DNA from: Bdellovibrionales bacterium
Lineage (GTDB): Bacteria > Bdellovibrionota > Bdellovibrionia > Bdellovibrionales > JAMPXM01
Direction: 5' to 3'
NCBI GenBank assembly: GCA_043739185.1
Contig: JAYUEN010000034.1
Span: 1-63,205 of the forward strand
Length of the DNA stretch: 63,205 nucleotides
In this document: positions 56,187 to 63,205 of the stretch, piece after piece
Layout of the letters: each line of letters starts with the position of its first letter
Position numbering within the stretch: position 1 is the first letter of the stretch
Translations under genes and position numbers: made by a program
Notes under the pieces: generated by a model
Seen by the model: only the letters and a program-made list of their open reading frames with translations
Databases searched by the model: none
What the model was told of the DNA's origin: nothing

Positions 56187-56852
56187 CTATTTATTTATTA
56201 ATAGGAGTTGAGCTATGCAGGTGTTTTTATCTTTTTTCACTCCATCAGATTCATGCAAATCTCTCAAGCTAAATCCGATCGTTATATGCGGATAATAATT
56301 TTCAGGATCAAACTCATGTGGCTTTCCGCCTTTGGCTAAATAGGCACTTGAAATTTGCCTTCTTAACTCAACTAAACTTTGAGACTCGAGCACAACAAAG
56401 TAGGTACTTTGTTTTATGCCCGCAAGAACAGCATCTCCCCTGCCTAAGCAAACAGCTTTCACCTCAGAATCTTGAATTTTAAAGTTTTCAGCAATTGCGT
56501 TTATTTCTTTCATACTTAGTTTCTGACTTAAAATCGCATCAAATTCGGGCGGCGTAATTACTGTTATATGGACCTCGCCGCGATTTTTAAGATTTCCAAA
56601 CTGATTTTGAATATCAGAATTTAGCTGTGAAAATGGGGCAAAGGGAAGATTGAGGCTAAGATAATTTTCAAATTTCTTATCACCCACGTGGGGTAAAAAC
56701 GACTCAGCTTTTCCGCTTATTGTACTGAGAGACAAAGCAAATTCTTGAGGCGCAACCTCACAATGAAATTCAGTTTTATTTGAATCCGCCCGGCCAGGAT
56801 GAACACACGCCAACAAAGTAAAATTGAGTCCCAAAAAAAATAAAATCTTCAT
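56187..56852 (-). CDS. 2H phosphoesterase-family lipoprotein
   Basis: Two HxT motifs (HITVI, HITIG); lipobox LLAC. Confidence 0.8.
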   Translation of the reverse strand: MKILFFLGLNFTLLACVHPGRADSNKTEFHCEVAPQEFALSLSTISGKAESFLPHVGDKKFENYLSLNLPFAPFSQLNSDIQNQFGNLKNRGEVHITVITPPEFDAILSQKLSMKEINAIAENFKIQDSEVKAVCLGRGDAVLAGIKQSTYFVVLESQSLVELRRQISSAYLAKGGKPHEFDPENYYPHITIGFSLRDLHESDGVKKDKNTCIAQLLLINK

Positions 56853-58132
56853 CGCATCCAACCCATCCAGCTTTTTAAGTAGGTCCCTTGCGGAAACTCA
56901 ACTAATTCGGGATGATCCGGACTGTGATTACCCCGCCACATCCACTCTAAGTTTCGACCCGACTTACTCGTTGCTTGTAGTAAAACCTCACGAAAGCGCA
57001 AATCATCAAGATGTCCCGAGCACGAGCAGCTTATAAAGAGACCATTTGCAGCGGTCTTCTTTATCGCATCGCGATTTAATTTTAAATAAGCGCGCTCTCC
57101 GTTGGGGATATCTTGTTTCTTTTTAATAAAAGCGGGCGGATCACAGACGACCAAATCATAACTTTGATCTGCTAGTTCAGAAAGCTCCTTGAGAACATCT
57201 AATTTTTTGAGGTGAATATCTGCTGCTGTGACACCATACTTCTGCAAATTCCTCTTGGCCAATTGCAAAGCTTTGTCCGAAGCGTCTACACAGGTAAATT
57301 CTGCAGTCTGGCCGGTTTGCGAGGCCCAATTTGCAATTTGGGCACTCCACTGGGCGTTGTAACAGCAGAGATCTAGGATTCGTAACTTTCTCTTAGAATG
57401 CCGGTACAAAGGATCAAATGCCGTCATCAACATTTCGATATTGGATCTCTGATCAAGAAAAAATCCTGTCTTTTGTCCGCCGAGAAAATCAACATTCAAT
57501 TTAAGCGAAGCTAAGCTTGCTAATCCAGGAGCCACCTCAATTTCAGCTTCATTGCAATCCAGACCCGGTATTTCTTTGTGGACACGTTTGGGCTCAATCT
57601 GTAAGCCTTCAAGTAAACGGGATTTTGAATCATTTGCCAAAATGATTGCTGTCTGTTCCCAATCTATCTGCCCAAAAGATTTCACAAATTTCTCAAGAGC
57701 TTCAAACACCACAGAAAGCAAGAGGTCCATTCCGGCCGTCGATGATTGCAGAACAAAAACTTGGCGCGCTCCAACCAGCTTAAAGCGATCGATCACGAGT
57801 CCAGGTAGAAAATCGGCTTCAGCAAAGATAAATCGAAAGCTGTAGGGGTCGAGTCCCGCGAGTCGACGTTTTTGATACGCGCGCTCAAAACGCGAAAAGA
57901 AAAAACTCGCCCCAATTTCTTCGCCCAATTCTCTTGTTAAAATGCGAAAACATATCAAAGTATTCGGGTGCGCATAACCGCGCGCTAAAAAGTCGCCGCC
58001 TTCACTGTGAAGATCCACGAGCTCTCCGGGTGAAACATTTTTTGGAGAGTGATTGAGATCATTCGAAAACACCCATGGATGCTTCGAAAGAAACTTTTTA
58101 AGCGCATGATATTTTAGATTCCACTTCTTCAT
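56849..58132 (-). CDS. RlmI/RlmK-type class I SAM-dependent rRNA methyltransferase
   Basis: HPWVFSN PUA domain, GQKTGFFLDQR, DPPAF, SCS, YLK. Confidence 0.9.
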   Translation of the reverse strand: MKKWNLKYHALKKFLSKHPWVFSNDLNHSPKNVSPGELVDLHSEGGDFLARGYAHPNTLICFRILTRELGEEIGASFFFSRFERAYQKRRLAGLDPYSFRFIFAEADFLPGLVIDRFKLVGARQVFVLQSSTAGMDLLLSVVFEALEKFVKSFGQIDWEQTAIILANDSKSRLLEGLQIEPKRVHKEIPGLDCNEAEIEVAPGLASLASLKLNVDFLGGQKTGFFLDQRSNIEMLMTAFDPLYRHSKRKLRILDLCCYNAQWSAQIANWASQTGQTAEFTCVDASDKALQLAKRNLQKYGVTAADIHLKKLDVLKELSELADQSYDLVVCDPPAFIKKKQDIPNGERAYLKLNRDAIKKTAANGLFISCSCSGHLDDLRFREVLLQATSKSGRNLEWMWRGNHSPDHPELVEFPQGTYLKSWMGWMR

Positions 58133-58300
58133 TATTTACAAACTTTCAGAAAGGTTAAAACACTTAAGGAATTTGAGAATTTTGTGTCAAATGAGGTTTA
58201 TGCCGCCGAACTCATGACGGAGTCAAGGATTGGCCTAGTTTGCGCTTTTAAAATCATATTAATAAAGCAAATATACATGAGAGGTGCTAAATTGATCTCA

Positions 58301-60088
58301 ATGAAATTTCAAAAAATTTTCAAATCGCTTTTTGGCATATTCTTCTTTAGCCTGGTCGCCTCCAAAAGCATCGCCTATCAAGGCTTGAATTTCGCCTCCG
58401 AAACAACAAATAAACTTCAAGCACCTCAAGTTTTCGCGCTAAAGGATTTAATTGCAAATGAGGAACAAAAATATAAGGGAATTGATTTTTACGAAGCCAA
58501 GGCAAGAAATGACGTTATTGAAAGAGCTAAGAATTATCTGCAGTTTAGACAATCTAAAAACCCCAAATTAAAATTAGAGTTTCTGGCCAAATGCGAAGAG
58601 AAACCAAGTGCTTTTTGTGACTATATTAATGATCGAATGCTCAAAGCTGAAAATCTTGAAAAAAGCTCTTCGCCCCAAATCATTCGACAGATTCGAAACT
58701 GGATACTTTCTGCAAATCTCAATCAGCTGCAGTCTTTGGCACAAACAGACTTGACCAAGGCCCTCAAAGATATCGCAAACTCTGATAAATTGAAGCCTTT
58801 ACTCGAGATAATTAAATTGACGAAAACCTGTGTCAGCTCTCCCTTGCTCAATAGCCTTGCCGCCAAACTCGAAGAATACTTTCCCGATGAGGTTTATATC
58901 AATGAAGCGAAAGAACTTTATTCAAGATCGGTTGAGTGCGGGGAAGATGCCGCTTCATTAAAGGCCGCCTATCGTTTGTCGATTTTGAATATTTGGCAGG
59001 ACCAATGTGAGCTGGCGCAAAATTTACTTCCAAGCGTTGAGGCGGCCTTCAATGATTACCAAGCACGGGCTAAGTATTGGAGAGTCTATTGTTCAGAAAA
59101 ACAATCTGACAAAAAAGATCTCCTGCAATTGGATTTGAATTTGAGAAGCGAGAGTCCAATTAATTTTCAGAATATTCTGGTTCATGGCGATCAAGTTCAT
59201 CTGAAGATTTCAAATGATCAAACATATGAGCTGAAAGTAATGAATCGCTCTTTGATTGATTCAGGTTCAAATAAGTCGATCGAAGCCATTGAATCACTAA
59301 TCGCATTGGGCGAAAACAACCGTGCTGCAGAAATGGCTGAAAATTTAATTTTGAAAATGGGCCTGAGCGAAGCCGAAGTGAAGCTCTATCTGGCTTATCT
59401 TATGCATTCTACAAAAAATTCAATCGCCAAATTTCATATTCTCTCTCAATTATTTGCCGAAACTCCTCGTATGATTCATGAAACCACACTTAAAATGTAT
59501 TTCCCTCTCGATTACTATGAAGATGCGAAAAGGAGTGCCACTGACCTCGACCCCTTTATTGTGCTCTCAATTGTGCGCCAAGAAAGTGCCTTTAATCCAA
59601 AAGCAAGAAGCAAAGCCGGTGCGAGAGGGCTCATGCAAGTTATGCTTCCGACCGCCAGAAAAATTGCTAGACAAGCGAGTCGAAAATTGTTCGATCCTGC
59701 AACCAATATTCAGGTCGGAGTGAAGCTTTTCTTAAATCAAGTTCAAAGATTCAATGGTGATTTTGAGCTCGCACTTGCCGCGTACAATGCCGGTCGATTA
59801 AAAGTTGAAGATTGGCAAAGGCGTTATCCGGTATCTGATAAAATGTTGTTTTTAGAGCTGATCCCATATCGAGAAACTCGTGAATATGTCACTATGATAC
59901 TGCGCAATTACTATTGGTATCAGAGGCTCTATGGCGCCCAAATGAATAAACTAGCGAGTTATAAGCTGCCAAGCCTAATTGAAAAAATTAATCAAAAAAA
60001 CCTATTGAATACAGGACTTAGGCCAAGCGAAAGCTCAGACCCCAGCCCACCTGAAAGTGTCAAAAACTTTGACGCTGAATCATACTGA
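58301..60088 (+). CDS. soluble lytic transglycosylase (SLT domain)
   Basis: RQESAF, GARGLMQ, ALAAYNAG, ETREYV; signal peptide. Confidence 0.92.
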   Translation: MKFQKIFKSLFGIFFFSLVASKSIAYQGLNFASETTNKLQAPQVFALKDLIANEEQKYKGIDFYEAKARNDVIERAKNYLQFRQSKNPKLKLEFLAKCEEKPSAFCDYINDRMLKAENLEKSSSPQIIRQIRNWILSANLNQLQSLAQTDLTKALKDIANSDKLKPLLEIIKLTKTCVSSPLLNSLAAKLEEYFPDEVYINEAKELYSRSVECGEDAASLKAAYRLSILNIWQDQCELAQNLLPSVEAAFNDYQARAKYWRVYCSEKQSDKKDLLQLDLNLRSESPINFQNILVHGDQVHLKISNDQTYELKVMNRSLIDSGSNKSIEAIESLIALGENNRAAEMAENLILKMGLSEAEVKLYLAYLMHSTKNSIAKFHILSQLFAETPRMIHETTLKMYFPLDYYEDAKRSATDLDPFIVLSIVRQESAFNPKARSKAGARGLMQVMLPTARKIARQASRKLFDPATNIQVGVKLFLNQVQRFNGDFELALAAYNAGRLKVEDWQRRYPVSDKMLFLELIPYRETREYVTMILRNYYWYQRLYGAQMNKLASYKLPSLIEKINQKNLLNTGLRPSESSDPSPPESVKNFDAESY

Positions 60089-60275
60089 ATTCGGCGCCTC
60101 ATGATGAGCTCAAAAAAGAGGACCAAAGACAGCGATGATTTAGGCATGCCATTTGTAGACTTAATAGTAAAGAATTCTGCGGAACTTTACGATAAGTTCT
60201 TAAATGCAAACTAACGAGTTGGTCCATTCTATTCAAAGGTGATTTTCTATTAAAACATTTTTAAAAACCTGCTTT

Positions 60276-61664
60276 TTGGTGCTTATAGTTTGCAGCTTTT
60301 TTATTTCACTTGGACCATCTCAACTCTTATTCGCCAAAGTCATTGAATTGACCGAAGCACGAAATCTTCGGGAGGCAGAATCCGAAGACAATCCCAATGC
60401 GCCGCTAGGACTAGTCGGGAGAATAAATGCAGGGTCTCAAATTGAGATCCCGGATGAGTATTGTGTATTTAATAATGATAAATTTGATTTCGATGCCTCG
60501 GTTAAGCTTTGGATGCAATCAATGTCGGACAAAGAGGGCATTAAACCTGAATTCGCAAAATTCAATGCCACCCAAAAAGACTATTTTATTCCGGTGAATG
60601 TGACCAAGGCGGCGGCGGGATCAAAATTAAAAGAAAATGGTAAATTCACAAATGTAATTCCAGATAAAAAAGTATTTTTTATATCGATTCGCGATGTCGC
60701 AGTTTCAATCGATAGCTCGATGAAAACCGCACAAGCGAGCAATCTATATGTTCCGCCCAAGAAAGTAGATCCTAAAATCGCCGCAACGAGGCTTGAAGCA
60801 GTCAGTGGTGAGGCCTGCGTCGGCGATTGCCACAAACCTGATTTAGGTTTGAGTGGCTTAGAAAGTCATGTGCAAGCTCAAACCACACATTTGGCTAAAA
60901 TTCAAAAGGTGATGGACAACCAATTTGATCCCATGAAAATTGCCAATGCCCCAACAGCAGAGCAAGCACTCATTGAAGTTCGAAAAAAACGTGATTTATC
61001 AGCGACTCCCCTTTTAAAAGCTTCGGACGCGCAAATTATAAGAAAATTTTCAGATGTAGATGCGAATATGAAAAAGACCTGCGGCTTTGGCTTAGATGAC
61101 TTTCTTCCGGAGATTCAAAAGCAGGTGAAATTCACCCCATTCACAGCCTCCGAGCTCATCTCAATTATGTCTCATGAAAGTAGCGGAGTGTGTTTTCCTA
61201 AAAGTCGCGCCATCAAAGATCCGATGGAACATGGACTTTTTGGCATTACCAATAGTGATTCTAAAATTGCGCAAACCGAACAGTTTTGTGGAAAAAATAG
61301 TGGTATCGACTCGCGCGCTGGGGTCAAAAGTGCGGTCATCAGTGGCGAAGCTTTTTCGCAACTCTCTGCTTATGCCACGAATCCAAAAGTTCATTGTGTT
61401 GGCAATCCATTCTTGAATTTACAGGCTTCAGTTCGAATTTTAAAACAGAAATTAGAAGACTATCAAAGACGAAATCCCAGAGCCAATATTATAGATCAAA
61501 ACGGCAAACTGAGCCCATCAGCTTTCAAATATATTTCAGAGCTTTATGCAGGCCAAGGAATGAAGAGTTACGGTAGATCAACCGCCGGCGATGCCATAAA
61601 GCTAGATCGAGTTATTCAAGATTTCTATTTGAATCAGGCTGCGGAAACCCCAGCCGCAGGTTGA
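60276..61664 (+). CDS. exported protein with a divergent C-terminal lysozyme-like/SLT domain
   Basis: IMSHESSG, GLFGIT, NPFLNLQASVRIL, ELYAG. Confidence 0.55.
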   Translation: MVLIVCSFFISLGPSQLLFAKVIELTEARNLREAESEDNPNAPLGLVGRINAGSQIEIPDEYCVFNNDKFDFDASVKLWMQSMSDKEGIKPEFAKFNATQKDYFIPVNVTKAAAGSKLKENGKFTNVIPDKKVFFISIRDVAVSIDSSMKTAQASNLYVPPKKVDPKIAATRLEAVSGEACVGDCHKPDLGLSGLESHVQAQTTHLAKIQKVMDNQFDPMKIANAPTAEQALIEVRKKRDLSATPLLKASDAQIIRKFSDVDANMKKTCGFGLDDFLPEIQKQVKFTPFTASELISIMSHESSGVCFPKSRAIKDPMEHGLFGITNSDSKIAQTEQFCGKNSGIDSRAGVKSAVISGEAFSQLSAYATNPKVHCVGNPFLNLQASVRILKQKLEDYQRRNPRANIIDQNGKLSPSAFKYISELYAGQGMKSYGRSTAGDAIKLDRVIQDFYLNQAAETPAAG

Positions 61665-61705
61665 CAGATTGACGCAAAATACATAACAATATCTAGCTGG
61701 AGCCC

Positions 61706-62722
61706 ATGATGCCAGCGACCAGCCCAAAAATGAAAACACTTTTCTCTGCCGTTCAACCTACTGGTGGCGGGATTATGCTTGGCAACTATTTAGGGGCCGT
61801 TAAAAATTGGGTGGAGTTGCAAAACCAATATCACTGCCTTTTCTCAGTTGTAGATCTTCACTCGATTACAGCAAGACAAGACCCCACGCAACTTCGCCAA
61901 TTATCCTATCAAATGGCGGCAAGCTATATTGCCTGCGGAATCGACCCACAAAAAAGTCCTATCTTTATGCAATCCCATATTCCTCAACATGCGGAGCTAG
62001 CTTGGATTCTCACTTGCTACTCGAATATGGGAGAGCTGAATCGAATGACTCAGTTTAAGGACAAAAGCTCAAAGAACGATTCGATTCCCACCGGAATTTT
62101 TGTTTATCCTGCATTGATGGCAGCTGATATTTTACTTTATCAAACTCATCTCGTTCCCGTTGGCAATGATCAGAAACAACACATTGAACTGACGCGAGAT
62201 TTGGCAATGAGAATGAATAAGCTCTATGGGCCACTTTTTCAGATTCCTGATATTCATACTGGCAAAGTCGGCGCCCGCATTATGAGTCTTCAAGATCCAC
62301 TTAAAAAAATGTCTAAATCAGACGAAGATGTTTCCGCCACTGTTTTTTTAACTGACAACGAAGATGTCATTATGAAAAAGCTCAAGCGCGCAGTCACCGA
62401 TTCAGTAAATGAGATCAAGTGGAATGATGAACAAGCTGGCATTAAAAACTTACTAAGCATTCAGGCTGCAATTAGCGGAAAATCTACTGAAGAAGTTACG
62501 GCCTCTTATGCCGGTAAACAGTATGGAAATTTAAAAATGCAAACCGCCGAAATGATTATCGCCCTTTTCACGCCAGTGCGAAAAGAAGTTGAAAAACTCC
62601 TGGGTGATAAAACTGAACTGGATCAAATCTTAAAGCGCAGCGCTGAAAAGGCCCAAGAAATTGCGTCCAATACTCTACTTAAGGTACATGAGGCACTTGG
62701 CCTGATTCCTCGCTCTATCTGA
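61706..62722 (+). CDS. trpS: tryptophan--tRNA ligase
   Basis: QPTG, LGNY, YPALMAADIL, VPVGNDQKQH, KMSKS. Confidence 0.96.
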   Translation: MMPATSPKMKTLFSAVQPTGGGIMLGNYLGAVKNWVELQNQYHCLFSVVDLHSITARQDPTQLRQLSYQMAASYIACGIDPQKSPIFMQSHIPQHAELAWILTCYSNMGELNRMTQFKDKSSKNDSIPTGIFVYPALMAADILLYQTHLVPVGNDQKQHIELTRDLAMRMNKLYGPLFQIPDIHTGKVGARIMSLQDPLKKMSKSDEDVSATVFLTDNEDVIMKKLKRAVTDSVNEIKWNDEQAGIKNLLSIQAAISGKSTEEVTASYAGKQYGNLKMQTAEMIIALFTPVRKEVEKLLGDKTELDQILKRSAEKAQEIASNTLLKVHEALGLIPRSI

Positions 62723-62922
62723 AATATTTAAAAAATTTTAGTTGGGTCATTCGGCCAAACACCTAAACTCCACTAAATACAATTATACTTATGCTTCAAA
62801 ACAAGATTTTTTGTGGACTTTTTTCCCACCAAATTCTCATTTTGAAGCAAATACTGAGTACGAAAGGCTCAAGCTCCACCTTGGTCGTGCCGATAATAAT
62901 GAGTATAAAAGGGAACAGGCGT

Positions 62923-63205
62923 ATGTATGTTGAATTAAGCCCCTCTCGAAATTCTCATATAATAAGGCAAGCCGGCTTTAGCATGGTCGAAATGATGATG
63001 ATCATCATTCTTACAGTCATTTTGGCCGTCATTGCCCTTCCGCAATTTGTTGATTTTCAAGCTGATGCCAAATCCGCTTTAGCTCAATCTCTTCAGTCCT
63101 CAATTCAAACAGGAATAACTATACAAAGAATGAATATGCTTATGAGGTGCGGAGCCCCTTCAAGTGCCTGGCCTGCAGCTGCGGATATTCAAGCAAATGA
63201 CATCA
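62923..63205 (+). CDS. type IV pilin/pseudopilin with N-methylation motif (partial, runs off the window end)
   Basis: Manual translation MYVELSPSRNSHIIRQAG|FSMVEMMMIIILTVILAVIALPQF, a class III signal with E5. Not in the ORF track. Confidence 0.85.
   Translation, partial: MYVELSPSRNSHIIRQAGFSMVEMMMIIILTVILAVIALPQFVDFQADAKSALAQSLQSSIQTGITIQRMNMLMRCGAPSSAWPAAADIQANDI

Noticed and set aside
61757..61790. TrpRS HIGH-like motif reading MLGN
   Set aside because: The first position of this motif varies among TrpRS enzymes, and all other motifs are intact.

Overview
Gene-dense, AT-rich bacterial chromosomal segment. The gene content (TIGR04552-like protein, STAS-CheX fusion, CheW-less Hpt/HATPase kinase, many exported hypothetical lipoproteins and peptidoglycan-acting enzymes) suggests a Bdellovibrionota/Oligoflexia-like organism; this is an inference. 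Housekeeping and metabolic genes include plsC (partial), nrdAB, recQ, trhO, tesA-ybbAP, a delta-9 desaturase, a deoxyhypusine-synthase-like gene, lysA, fadD, hppA, an M17 aminopeptidase, an RlmI-type methyltransferase, trpS and a partial pilin. A signalling cluster carries HD-GYP, CheA-like, CheY-like and GGDEF genes. I recognised no rRNA, tRNA, CRISPR array, integrase or transposase. The most notable unexplained signals are: (1) a five-copy, co-oriented dispersed element (about 87-194 bp, invariant core TTTTAACGGCAGC-N22-GTTTC, always 3' of a minus-strand gene); (2) an 857-aa signal-peptide-bearing protein with tandem duplicated GGDEF modules; (3) an orphan DUF4123 T6SS-adaptor-like gene; (4) several pseudoenzymes; (5) two small exported Lys-rich disordered proteins.
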